Source: an uncultured Gammaproteobacteria bacterium (GTDB lineage Bacteria > Patescibacteriota > Microgenomatia > Levybacterales > UBA12049). Taken from it: a stretch of DNA of 50,873 nt. A model generated the notes under the pieces. It had not been told where the DNA came from, did not search any database, and saw nothing but the letters and a program-made list of their open reading frames with translations. The number at the start of each line of letters is the position of its first letter. Position 1 is the first letter of the stretch. A program made the position numbers and the translations under genes. The stretch spans positions 848 to 51,720 of the forward strand of contig CAYJRY010000003.1 of the NCBI GenBank assembly GCA_964372855.1, given 5' to 3'. This document shows, in pieces, positions 21,107-31,645 of this stretch.

Positions 21107-22155
21107 AAGGATTTTCTTGAGGCAGTAAGCAGAAACAAAATTATGCCAGCAGAAGTTATCAAAAGCGCTAGAATAGCAAAAAACATTACATTTTTATCTC
21201 CTGTTTGGGAGATTTGATTTACATAGGTCAAGTCGGGAGATGGTATAGGTGTATTTGTCGGCGTTGAAGATGGAAAATTTGTTGGAGATGGGTTCGCAGT
21301 AAATACAGTAGCTATTTTTTTAGGAATAGGTGTGGAAGTTATTGCATCAGGAGAGAATGCTCCAAATCCTCCAATTCTCCCAGATTTTGTTGAGGAAGGG
21401 GTTTTATCGTCAAGAGTAAAGTCATAATTATTGGATAAAGTAATCGTTGGCAGAGGATTTGATTCAGAATAAGTCGACAAAACTCGGGATGTAAAAAAAT
21501 CATTGACAAATGTTATCTTAATGTTTGCATCTTTATCAACAGTATAAAAGGTTGATAAATCTTCAGAACGAAGAGAATCTAAGTCGAAAATAAACAGACC
21601 ATCCGGTTTCACAAGAGTAGATAAGGTTTGGGCTCCTTTTATAGTAAGATATGCGATTGTTACTGATGGAATATTTGTGTTTGGAACAATAACCTTCCCT
21701 GTTATTGGGTTTTGTTTGGGAAAAGTTGAAGAAATTGCTTGAGGTGTTTGAATTTCGAATGCGGCATTGTTATTTAAATAGGTTGTTTGACCAGAGTTTA
21801 TTACAAAAAAGTATTTAGTATTTGGCGTAAGCTTATTAAGCGTAGTTGAATGAATAATACGAGGTGTTACAACACTTTTTTCTCTATCTAAATCTTCTAT
21901 TTCAAAAGTACCAACACTTGGATCTTTACCATAATTGATGGTTCCTGTTAAATTTTCATCTGTAATGTAAGAAATAGTAAATGATGTGTCAGATATGTTT
22001 GTTATAGTTATATTTTTAGGTTCATCTGAGGTTATCGCAGTACTTATAAACCCAGTTTTACTTCTTATAGAAATTGACAGTAGTATTACGCTAAATGCTA
22101 TCAAGCTAATACCCAATAGAGTTGGAATGCGTTTGTCAAGAATGCTTTTGATCAT
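21103..22155 (-). CDS. Membrane-anchored surface protein with Fn3-like beta-domains, a P/T/S-rich stalk and a C-terminal sorting-signal-like tail
   Basis: N-terminal TM. 'ITITNISDTSFTISYITDENLTGTINYG' is Fn3-like. 'PSPTNFPSSTPTNTPIPSP' forms a stalk. The C-terminus reads 'SQTGD', then a 22-aa hydrophobic stretch, then 'RKSL'. Confidence 0.5.
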   Translation of the reverse strand: MIKSILDKRIPTLLGISLIAFSVILLSISIRSKTGFISTAITSDEPKNITITNISDTSFTISYITDENLTGTINYGKDPSVGTFEIEDLDREKSVVTPRIIHSTTLNKLTPNTKYFFVINSGQTTYLNNNAAFEIQTPQAISSTFPKQNPITGKVIVPNTNIPSVTIAYLTIKGAQTLSTLVKPDGLFIFDLDSLRSEDLSTFYTVDKDANIKITFVNDFFTSRVLSTYSESNPLPTITLSNNYDFTLDDKTPSSTKSGRIGGFGAFSPDAITSTPIPKKIATVFTANPSPTNFPSSTPTNTPIPSPDLTYVNQISQTGDKNVMFFAILALLITSAGIILFLLTASRKSL

Positions 22156-22460
22156 GGAATATTTAGATCGTCAATTTCGGATTCTTCTTCTGGCTCTTCT
22201 TCTATAATAACTGCGGATCCTGTCGTTTCCTGAATAGTGGGAGTTGGAATTGTAACCTCGAAATTAGGAGAGATTACTCTTCTTTTTTTAAGATCTTCAA
22301 TTATATTTGTGTCAAAAGTAGGATTTATTGGTAAAATCTCCTGTTTTGTGACTTCAGAAATTGTTGATTTAGTCAGATTGTGGTAGACACTTCCTCCAAT
22401 CCAGACCATAACAAATATTAATAACAAAGCTAAAATTATAAGCTGCCTATTTTGTACCAT
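22152..22460 (-). CDS. Small single-pass membrane protein with an acidic C-terminus
   Basis: TM segment 'LIILALLLIFVMVWIGG' and tail 'EEEPEEESEIDD'. Translationally coupled (4-nt overlap) to the downstream gene. Confidence 0.4.
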   Translation of the reverse strand: MVQNRQLIILALLLIFVMVWIGGSVYHNLTKSTISEVTKQEILPINPTFDTNIIEDLKKRRVISPNFEVTIPTPTIQETTGSAVIIEEEPEEESEIDDLNIP

Positions 22461-22465
22461 ATTGT

Positions 22466-23086
22466 TTATTTTTTAAAAAATGACTCTGCGTTAATTGAAA
22501 ATACCAAATTCTGATTGTCAAGACTTTGTGATTTTTCAATTGTCAATGTATCAATGACAACGATTCTTTGCATCGAGATTAAATTCGAAATGAATTCATT
22601 TATACTTGCATAGCTGCCTTCACCGGTCAAGGAAAAATTGAAAGTGTAATAATCTTTTTTCTCCATTTGGTTTTTGATTAGTTCAACTTCAAAGTTTTGA
22701 AAGTTATTTATCTTAATATTTGAGTCTCTGGCAATCGATTGAATTTGAGCCACAAGAGTAGGTATATTGGCTTTTTTTGGCAGAATATCATCTATTATTG
22801 GTAAATCGTTTTGAATATTTCCATACTGAGTTCTTAATTTATAGAGATTTGTTATTTTTTCCTCAAGAGATTTGCTTACGAATTCATTCTCCTTAATTTC
22901 ATTAACTAGCTTAGCAATAGTTGAAAAAGTAGGGCTGATAGCAAAAAAACCAAAAAAAGATAAAGCAAGCAGTGTTAAGGTAACCCCAGTTATTTTTTGA
23001 GCTTTTTCCTCTTTCAAAAAAGTTAATGAAGTATTAAAGTAGCTCTCTTTGACTTTATTATTTTGGTTATCTTTTTGTGATATCAT
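22466..23086 (-). CDS. PilO-like type IV pilus assembly protein
   Basis: Architecture is a short cytoplasmic N-terminus, a TM segment, a coiled coil, 'LP..ANIPTLVAQIQSIARDSNIKI', then a ferredoxin-like C-terminus 'FSLTGEGSYASINEFISNLISMQRIVVIDTLTI'. Confidence 0.55.
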   Translation of the reverse strand: MISQKDNQNNKVKESYFNTSLTFLKEEKAQKITGVTLTLLALSFFGFFAISPTFSTIAKLVNEIKENEFVSKSLEEKITNLYKLRTQYGNIQNDLPIIDDILPKKANIPTLVAQIQSIARDSNIKINNFQNFEVELIKNQMEKKDYYTFNFSLTGEGSYASINEFISNLISMQRIVVIDTLTIEKSQSLDNQNLVFSINAESFFKK

Positions 23087-23088
23087 AT

Positions 23089-23619
23089 TTATTTCAAAAG
23101 TCCCGTTATAGCAACAGAAATTCCAACATTTGGAACATTTTCTATCTTATCTATACTTAAAGATTTAATATTTGGATAAGCTTTTAAAGAATTAACAAAA
23201 ACATTCAAAGAAGAAATAGATATAACATCCAAATTTATCACAACTCTGTCTTTGCTAAGTGTTAAATCATTAAAATTTAAATCTTCAGGGGTAAGTTCGA
23301 CTATGTCTTGAAAAGTATTATAAACGGAAGCGCCATTTTTTGATAAATTAGACGCTAAAGAAAGTCTACCTTGTAAATTCCTAAAGTTTTCCTCATCTTT
23401 TTTAAGAGAAGCAAGAGAATTTTGTTTTTGTTTTATTTCTGCATGAAGCTGAATTAATCTCTCATCTAATGAAAATCTATAAATAAATGCTCCAATGGCA
23501 ATAATTTCAGTTATGATTACAATTAAGCGACCAATGCTTAGAGCCCAATCGATAAACTTGTCAAAAGAAGATTCAGTTTCTTTTTTAATTAAGTTTATAG
23601 AGGCAGATGGGTTTTCCAT
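23089..23619 (-). CDS. PilN-like type IV pilus assembly protein
   Basis: N-terminal 'INLIKK' resembles the PilN INLLP motif. A TM segment, a coiled coil and a small alpha/beta C-terminal domain follow. It lies directly upstream of the PilO-like gene. Confidence 0.55.
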   Translation of the reverse strand: MENPSASINLIKKETESSFDKFIDWALSIGRLIVIITEIIAIGAFIYRFSLDERLIQLHAEIKQKQNSLASLKKDEENFRNLQGRLSLASNLSKNGASVYNTFQDIVELTPEDLNFNDLTLSKDRVVINLDVISISSLNVFVNSLKAYPNIKSLSIDKIENVPNVGISVAITGLLK

Positions 23620-23643
23620 TACAGATTTAGTGTAGGTGTTTTT

Positions 23644-23889
23644 TCAATTTTTGTCAAAGCGGAGAAAATTTGATAATTTTGATTTAAGTCTTGCGGCTTT
23701 ATTTTTATGAATAATATTTTTCTTTACAGCTTTATCTAAAATACTTATTGCTTTTTTAAAATCTTTTTCTGACTTTACTTTTTTTACCTTTTTAATAGAT
23801 AATTCAATACTTTTAGAAAATTTAGCATTTTGCTTACTTCGTTTTCTATCAGCTCTTAATTTTTTTTTAGCAGACTTTATTATTGGCAT
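23644..23889 (-). CDS. rpsT: 30S ribosomal protein S20
   Basis: 'MPIIKSAKKKLRADRKRSKQN...' The 81-aa, highly basic, helical protein matches the S20 pattern. Confidence 0.9.
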   Translation of the reverse strand: MPIIKSAKKKLRADRKRSKQNAKFSKSIELSIKKVKKVKSEKDFKKAISILDKAVKKNIIHKNKAARLKSKLSNFLRFDKN

Positions 23890-23925
23890 TAAAATATTTT
23901 ATCATGCTATACTTGTAAATACAAT

Positions 23926-25593
23926 ATGCCCCAAAATCTTATCAAAAAAAGCATTGAAATTTTACTTGCTCGCCAAACAAATATCTTGTCAGCTGCATTT
24001 GTTATAATGGCTACTGTTGTCTTATCTCAAATTTTGGGGCTTCTTAAGACAAGATTGTTATTTTCAATTTTTGGACCATCAAATACTTTGGGCATCTATA
24101 GTTATGCCTCGATTCTCCCTGATACTGTTTTTCAGCTGACTATCATCGCAGCACTTGCATCTGCTTTTATACCAGTATTTTCTGAGTATTTATCAAAAGG
24201 AGAAGAACAGAACGCGCACACGATGGCATCAACTCTTTTGGCGCTAGGTCTAGTGATTTTTATTACGATTTCTTTAGTTCTCGTTGTTTTTTCACGGGAG
24301 ATCCTTTCTATTTTTAATGGTGGGCAAAATTTCTCAAATGAAGATATGACCCTTATGGCTAACCTCACGAAGATTATTGTTGTTGGCCAACTAATCTATA
24401 TAATTGGAGTTTTTTTCAGCGCGTTGCTTCAATCATATAACCATTTTTTCATTCCTGGCATAGCAGCCTCATTTTATAATCTGGGAATTATAGCAGGTAT
24501 ATTATTGTTTCATGAGTTTGCCGGAATTTACGCGGTGCCTTTAGGTATCGTTTTGGGTGCGATAATTTTTGTTGCGCTTCAATTTCCTCTTGCCCGAAAA
24601 GTCGGATTTAATTTCAAGCCAACAATCGATTTTCTAAAAGGAGGAGGATTAAATAAAGTATTTTTTCTTATGTGGCCGCGCACTGTTCAAGTCGGCGTGC
24701 AACAGTTAGGAACTATTATTCTTGCGGCAATTATCGCGTATATGGCACAGCCTGGACGTATGCATTTACTTTTTGATTCAGCAAAAACTCTTATGTTTGC
24801 TCCAATATCCCTGATTGGATTCAGTATCGCCCAGGCGGCATTTCCAATTTTATCAAGGGAGAAAAATAACTTAGCTGAATTTAAGACAACTTTTTTGACT
24901 AGCTTTACTCAGATGCTTTATCTTATCTTACCAGCATCGGTTTTGATTCTTGTTCTTCGTATCCCCATTGTCAGGCTTGCCTATGGTGCAGATAAATTTG
25001 ACTGGCCAGCCACAGTTTTGACTGGCCATATTCTAGCTTTTCTTTCTATTTCTATTTTTGCGCAAGCATTGATTGTTCTTTTGTACAGAGCGTTTTATGC
25101 ACTACATAATTCCTTAATTCCTCTTATTGTTAGCTCCATAGCAACAGTTATTCTTATAATTTTTGGTTATTACTTTGTAATGATTCAAGGCTTGAGTATT
25201 GAAAGTATCGGCTTGTCATTTACAATCGCAAATATTATTCAGCTTATTATACTTATGATTTTGCTCAATAAGTATGTAGGAGGACTTGATAAGAAAATGC
25301 TGTTTTTCCCAACAATTAAAATTTTTCTAGCAACATTTTTTACTGGGATTGCTCTTTACGTCCCGATTAAACTTCTTGATCAGTTAGTTTTTGATACTAC
25401 ACGCACAATAAACCTAATCATCTTAACAGGAATATCAAGTTTTAGCGGTTTGACTTTGTATCTTTTTCTAACCTGGCTTTTCAATGTAAAAGAAGCTACA
25501 ACATACCTTTTAATTTTTAGGAAAATCGGCAATTGGAAGGATATCCTCAGTAAAAGTTCAGAGGTCATAGATACTTCACAACTTAAACCATAA
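23926..25593 (+). CDS. murJ: Lipid II flippase MurJ/MviN
   Basis: 555 aa with ~14 TM segments. The N-terminal 'SAAFVIMATVVLSQILGLLKTRLLFSIFG' and overall MOP-family pattern fit MurJ. Confidence 0.85.
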   Translation: MPQNLIKKSIEILLARQTNILSAAFVIMATVVLSQILGLLKTRLLFSIFGPSNTLGIYSYASILPDTVFQLTIIAALASAFIPVFSEYLSKGEEQNAHTMASTLLALGLVIFITISLVLVVFSREILSIFNGGQNFSNEDMTLMANLTKIIVVGQLIYIIGVFFSALLQSYNHFFIPGIAASFYNLGIIAGILLFHEFAGIYAVPLGIVLGAIIFVALQFPLARKVGFNFKPTIDFLKGGGLNKVFFLMWPRTVQVGVQQLGTIILAAIIAYMAQPGRMHLLFDSAKTLMFAPISLIGFSIAQAAFPILSREKNNLAEFKTTFLTSFTQMLYLILPASVLILVLRIPIVRLAYGADKFDWPATVLTGHILAFLSISIFAQALIVLLYRAFYALHNSLIPLIVSSIATVILIIFGYYFVMIQGLSIESIGLSFTIANIIQLIILMILLNKYVGGLDKKMLFFPTIKIFLATFFTGIALYVPIKLLDQLVFDTTRTINLIILTGISSFSGLTLYLFLTWLFNVKEATTYLLIFRKIGNWKDILSKSSEVIDTSQLKP

Positions 25594-25596
25594 ATC

Positions 25597-27345
25597 ATGA
25601 ACCAAAATAATATTAGAAATTTTGCAATTATTGCGCATGTAGATCATGGTAAATCAACTTTAGCAGATAGACTTTTGGAATTGACGAATACTATTCCAAG
25701 AGAAAAATTAAGAGAGCAATTTTTGGACCAAAATCCAATTAGCAGACGTCGTGGAATTACTATTAAACTTGCGCCAGTTAGAATGAACTATACACTAAAC
25801 GCTACACCTTATATCCTAAATCTTATCGATACTCCTGGGCATGTTGATTTTTCTTACGAAGTTTCCCGAACTCTTGCTTGCTGTGAGGGAGCAATACTTT
25901 TGGTAGATGCAACCCAAGGAGTTCAAGCTCAAACTGTTGCTCATTTCAGAGAAGCAAAAAGGGAGAAACTAACAATAATTCCAGCAATTAATAAAATAGA
26001 TTTAGCAAGTGCTAATGTAGACTTGGTGATTAGGCAGCTTGGTGAAACTTTTGGATTTAAGAAAGAAGAGATCCTCCTGATCTCTGCCAAAACTGGGGAA
26101 AATGTGGATTTTTTACTTTCAGAAATCGTTAGAAAAATACCTGCACCTTCTGGTCAAAAAGAAAAACCACTTCGATCTCTCATATTCGATGCAGTATATG
26201 ATGAGTTTAGGGGTGTTGTTGCCTATGTTAGGGTGGTTGATGGTGAAGTCAAAAAAGGAGAAAGGGTCAGATTTTACCAAAACAACATAGAGTCTGAAGT
26301 TACTGACCTTGGATTTTTCACTCCGCACTTAGCGTCATCAAGTATATTATTATCTGGAGAAATAGGATATATAATAACTGGTATAAAAGATATCAAGAAA
26401 GTTAGAGTTGGTGACACTATAACAATATCAAATATCAAAAATCAAATATCAAATATAGAACCACTTCCAGGGTATAAGATTCCAAAGCCAATGGTTTTTT
26501 TTGGAATGTACCCTAGGAATACGGAAAACTATTTAAACCTTAAAGAATCTTTGACCAAATTAACCCTTAACGACACAGCCTTAACCTATAAAGAAGAATA
26601 CTCTTCGTATTTAGGAAGTGGATTTCGAGTAGGATTTTTGGGGCTTTTGCATGCGGAAATTATAAAAGACAGGATAAAACAAGAATTTAACTTGGAAATT
26701 TTACTTGCTATGCCCCAAGTTTTATATGAAAGGATAGGAGATAAAATACTAGAACCATATATGAAGCTGAACGTATATACCCCAAAGCAATATTTGGGAG
26801 ATATTATGAATATATGTCAAAATAAAAAAGGCCAGTTATTAGATATAGCTTATTATGAAAGTTTTGTTCGTATAATTTATGACATGCCTTTTTCTATGTT
26901 TATACGAGGACTTTCATCAGACCTTAAGTCAGCCTCAAATGGATTTGCAAGTATCGATTACGAGCTTACCGACTATAAAGAAGCAGATCTTGTAAGAACT
27001 GAAATAAAAGTGAATGATGTGGTAATTGATGTATTCTCCGAACTAGTTTATAAAGATGAGGCACAATTTGTCGCAAGGGCAAAAACAGAAAAACTAAAAC
27101 ATACTCTTCCTCGTCAGCAATTTAGACAGATTATTCAGGGAGTGGTAGATGGAAATATTGTTGCCAGATCAGAAATTCCTCCTTTTAGAAAAGATGTTTT
27201 ACAAAAAATGAGTGGCGGAGATAGGAGAAGAAAAGATAAACTTCTGGAGGCTCAAAAGAAAGGTAAATCTCGGTTAATTACTCATGCCAAAATCTCAATT
27301 CCCCAAGAAGCACTAATGACAATGATTGAAAAAAATAAAATATAA
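25597..27345 (+). CDS. lepA: Translation elongation factor 4 (LepA)
   Basis: 'NIRNFAIIAHVDHGKSTLADRLLE', 'DTPGHVDF' and 'NKIDL' form the G domain. The LepA-specific C-terminal domain includes 'LYERIGDKILEP'. Confidence 0.95.
   Translation: MNQNNIRNFAIIAHVDHGKSTLADRLLELTNTIPREKLREQFLDQNPISRRRGITIKLAPVRMNYTLNATPYILNLIDTPGHVDFSYEVSRTLACCEGAILLVDATQGVQAQTVAHFREAKREKLTIIPAINKIDLASANVDLVIRQLGETFGFKKEEILLISAKTGENVDFLLSEIVRKIPAPSGQKEKPLRSLIFDAVYDEFRGVVAYVRVVDGEVKKGERVRFYQNNIESEVTDLGFFTPHLASSSILLSGEIGYIITGIKDIKKVRVGDTITISNIKNQISNIEPLPGYKIPKPMVFFGMYPRNTENYLNLKESLTKLTLNDTALTYKEEYSSYLGSGFRVGFLGLLHAEIIKDRIKQEFNLEILLAMPQVLYERIGDKILEPYMKLNVYTPKQYLGDIMNICQNKKGQLLDIAYYESFVRIIYDMPFSMFIRGLSSDLKSASNGFASIDYELTDYKEADLVRTEIKVNDVVIDVFSELVYKDEAQFVARAKTEKLKHTLPRQQFRQIIQGVVDGNIVARSEIPPFRKDVLQKMSGGDRRRKDKLLEAQKKGKSRLITHAKISIPQEALMTMIEKNKI
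26425..26459. repeat. ATATCAA heptamer array inside lepA
   Basis: atatcaa|atatcaa|aaatcaa|atatcaa|atataga. Encodes ISNIKNQISNIE between GDTIT and LPGYK. The 21-mer at 26432-26452 is identical to 47919-47939. Confidence 0.9.
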
Positions 27346-27414
27346 ATTGCTACTTGCAATTGTTAAAATGTATGATAATATGTTATGCATTGCAATTTCT
27401 TGACAAACAAAAAG

Positions 27415-29445
27415 ATGAAGTTTTCTACTATTTTACTTCTAATACTCTTTCTTCCAGCAATACTTTTTACTACTACCTTTTCAATACCCTCTTCTGTTCT
27501 AGCTCAAACAGTTGAAATTGTAACTTTTCCTGATCCAAATCTTGAGACCGCAGTAAGAGAAGCCTTAAATAAACCCACTGGAGATATAACGAGTGAAGAT
27601 ATGGCTAGTTTGACCCTATTGGATGCGTCAAATAGAGATATTGTCAACCTAACTGGTTTGGAATATGCAATAAACCTTGACCGCCTCACGCTTTGGCAAA
27701 ACCAAATATCCGATCTTTCACCACTTGCTGGATTAACGAAACTAACCAAACTAAAACTCTACCGTAACCAAATAGTTGATATTTCACCCATTGCCAATTT
27801 GACGAACCTTAACGGCTTGTACCTCGAGCAGAATCAAATAGTAGATCTCTCGCCACTTGCTGGCTTAACCGGAATCACGGAAATGGACCTCGCGGAAAAT
27901 CGAATATCTGACGTTTCGCCTTTGGCTAACCTGATTAATTTAGGACACTTGGAAATTTCTAGAAATCAGATAACTGACATCTCTGCATTCGCCGCTCTCC
28001 CATTAAATTGGCTGGAAGTTCATGAGAATCAAATAGCTGATATCTCGCCTTTGGCAAATAATATGGCATTAGGACTGGGGGATTTTCTGAACTTACAACT
28101 CAACCCACTAAATGAACAGGCATATAATATTCATATTCCAGAACTTCAACAAAGAGGTGTTGAGGTATTGTTTTCTCCTCCTGTTGGAGGAGGGTGTATT
28201 CCTTTAAATTTTGGGTCAACAACCTCGGACGCAATCAGCACACTAGGAGAGGAAGATTGTTACTCCTTTAATGGAGTAATCGGTGAAGCATTCTTGGCAA
28301 GGATGGTTAGGACATCCGGCACCATGCAGCCTGAAATACGGCTATATCGACCGGATGGTAGCACAGTTCTATGCTCCAAGTCGGGTACTTCGCTCGCAGA
28401 TATGCTGTGCCTTCTGAAGAACACTGGCACGCATACCTTACGTCTGGGCGACCTAAACGATGATGAGACTGGAGACTACAATCTTTATTTCCAACGCACT
28501 AATAATCCTGTAAATGCTACTCCACTGAATTTGAGTGAAACCATTTCAGGGACAGTGAGTGCTTTGGCTGAAATGAAAACTTACACCTTCACAGGAGCGA
28601 TAAATGATCGCATTGTGATAAATACAGTCAAAACTTCTGGACTTTTTCAACCTGAAGTTCGGGTTTATAGCCAAAATGGAAAACTTCTTTGTTATAAAAT
28701 CGGCAGTCTTATATCTCATCTATTGTGCACAGTGAAAATTAGCGGCACTCACACTGTTTTGGCTGGCGATAACGGCGGCAATGAGACTGGCGATTACAAC
28801 CTTTATATCCAGCGCACAAACAGCCCCATGATCGCTACTCCACTGAATTTGAGCGATACTGTTTCAGGAGATATCACTGTTGCTTCCCAAATGAACACCT
28901 ACACCTTTACAGGCGCAATAGGCGACAGGGTAGTAACAAGAATGGTCAAAACATCAGGTGCGCTTGCACCTTACGTGAGAGTCTACCGCCCAGATGGCAC
29001 ACTAAAATGTTCTAAGAGTGGCACTCTTATTTCTGACACGCTTTGCACTTTGGATAAAGATGGCGTTCATACGGTGTTATTAAGCGACGGTGGATCTGCC
29101 ACTGGGAGCTATACATTCTACATTCAGCGCACCAACAATCCAGTTAATGCAACGCCTATCAACCCAGGCGAGACCATAGCTTTAGAAATTAGTATGACCT
29201 CTGAAATGGATTCTTTCACATTTTCTGGTGTAGCAGGTACAAGCGTTGTGGTAACAATGACTGCCACCTCTTCAGTCTTCCAACCAGAGATGAGAGTTTA
29301 TCGTCCAGATGGAACATTACGATGCTCAAAGAAAGGCACCTCACCTATTACTCTAACTTGTTTACTTGACGTAACCGGCACTCACACTATCTTAGCCGGC
29401 GACATGAATGGCGAACAAACAGGTAGCTACACAATTACCTTTTAG
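27415..29445 (+). CDS. Secreted leucine-rich-repeat protein with four ~105-aa PPC-like beta-sandwich repeats
   Basis: Signal peptide (MKFSTILLLILFLPAILF..VLA). About eight 22-aa LRRs (LxxLxLxxNQIxDISPLAxLTxL). Four repeats start near nt 28195, 28519, 28837 and 29152, each with two conserved Cys and ending TG(D/S)Y(N/T)(L/F)Y(F/I)QRTN. The ATG at 27415 is preferred. Confidence 0.75.
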   Translation: MKFSTILLLILFLPAILFTTTFSIPSSVLAQTVEIVTFPDPNLETAVREALNKPTGDITSEDMASLTLLDASNRDIVNLTGLEYAINLDRLTLWQNQISDLSPLAGLTKLTKLKLYRNQIVDISPIANLTNLNGLYLEQNQIVDLSPLAGLTGITEMDLAENRISDVSPLANLINLGHLEISRNQITDISAFAALPLNWLEVHENQIADISPLANNMALGLGDFLNLQLNPLNEQAYNIHIPELQQRGVEVLFSPPVGGGCIPLNFGSTTSDAISTLGEEDCYSFNGVIGEAFLARMVRTSGTMQPEIRLYRPDGSTVLCSKSGTSLADMLCLLKNTGTHTLRLGDLNDDETGDYNLYFQRTNNPVNATPLNLSETISGTVSALAEMKTYTFTGAINDRIVINTVKTSGLFQPEVRVYSQNGKLLCYKIGSLISHLLCTVKISGTHTVLAGDNGGNETGDYNLYIQRTNSPMIATPLNLSDTVSGDITVASQMNTYTFTGAIGDRVVTRMVKTSGALAPYVRVYRPDGTLKCSKSGTLISDTLCTLDKDGVHTVLLSDGGSATGSYTFYIQRTNNPVNATPINPGETIALEISMTSEMDSFTFSGVAGTSVVVTMTATSSVFQPEMRVYRPDGTLRCSKKGTSPITLTCLLDVTGTHTILAGDMNGEQTGSYTITF

Positions 29446-29484
29446 ATTTCTAACGCTGGGATTTCTAATCTAAACTATAGGATC

Positions 29485-29514
29485 TTGACAAGTGAATGGG
29501 TTTTGTTGTATATA
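29485..29514 (+). promoter_or_regulatory. Putative sigma70-type promoter of groES-groEL
   Basis: TTGACA (29485-29490), an 18-nt spacer, then TATATA (29509-29514), about 50 nt upstream of the groES ATG. No CIRCE-like inverted repeat is visible here. Confidence 0.45.
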
Positions 29515-29564
29515 TTTATTACTGACCATTTTAAATAATGTGATTTTTTGTTGATTAAATTTAT

Positions 29565-29866
29565 ATGGCAAATAATAAAAATTTAACTTACAAACCACTT
29601 TTTGACAATGTCTTTATAAAACCTCTTGAAGCTGAGTCAAAAACAAAAAGTGGAATTATTCTTCCAGATTCTGTAAAAGAAAAACCTCAAATTGGCCTTG
29701 TAATGGCAGTTGGTCCTGGTAAAATAACATCAGATGGGAAACTTAATCCAATGGTTGTTAAAAAGGGACAGAAAGTTATGTATAAAAAATGGGGCGGTAA
29801 TGAAGTAAAAGTGAATGGTGAGGAATGGACAATGGTTAGTCAAGAAGATATACTTGCAGTAGTAAG

Positions 29867-29870
<4 letters not shown>
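29565..29870 (+). CDS. groES: Co-chaperonin GroES
   Basis: 'KPLFDNVFIKPLEAESKTKSGIILPDS' contains the mobile loop. 101 aa, directly upstream of groEL. Confidence 0.95.
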
Positions 29871-31587
<1,717 letters not shown>

Positions 31588-31589
31588 AA

Positions 31590-31617
31590 ATATCAAAAAT
31601 TAAATATCAAATATCAA
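31590..31617. repeat. ATATCAA-type heptamer array starting 3 nt after the groEL stop
   Basis: atatcaa|aaattaa|atatcaa|atatcaa. Confidence 0.8.
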
Positions 31618-31620
31618 AAA

Positions 31621-31645
31621 TTTTCCCCGAAAGGGGATTTTTAAT
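31621..31645. terminator. Short GC hairpin with a T-tract between convergent genes (groEL terminator, possibly bidirectional)
   Basis: ttttCCCCgaaaGGGGattttt. It overlaps the stop codon of the minus-strand gene 31641-32555. Confidence 0.55.

Noticed and set aside
29446-29564. A CIRCE operator upstream of groES.
   Set aside because: No TTAGCACTC-like arm or matching inverted repeat was seen. Only a sigma70-like promoter is visible.
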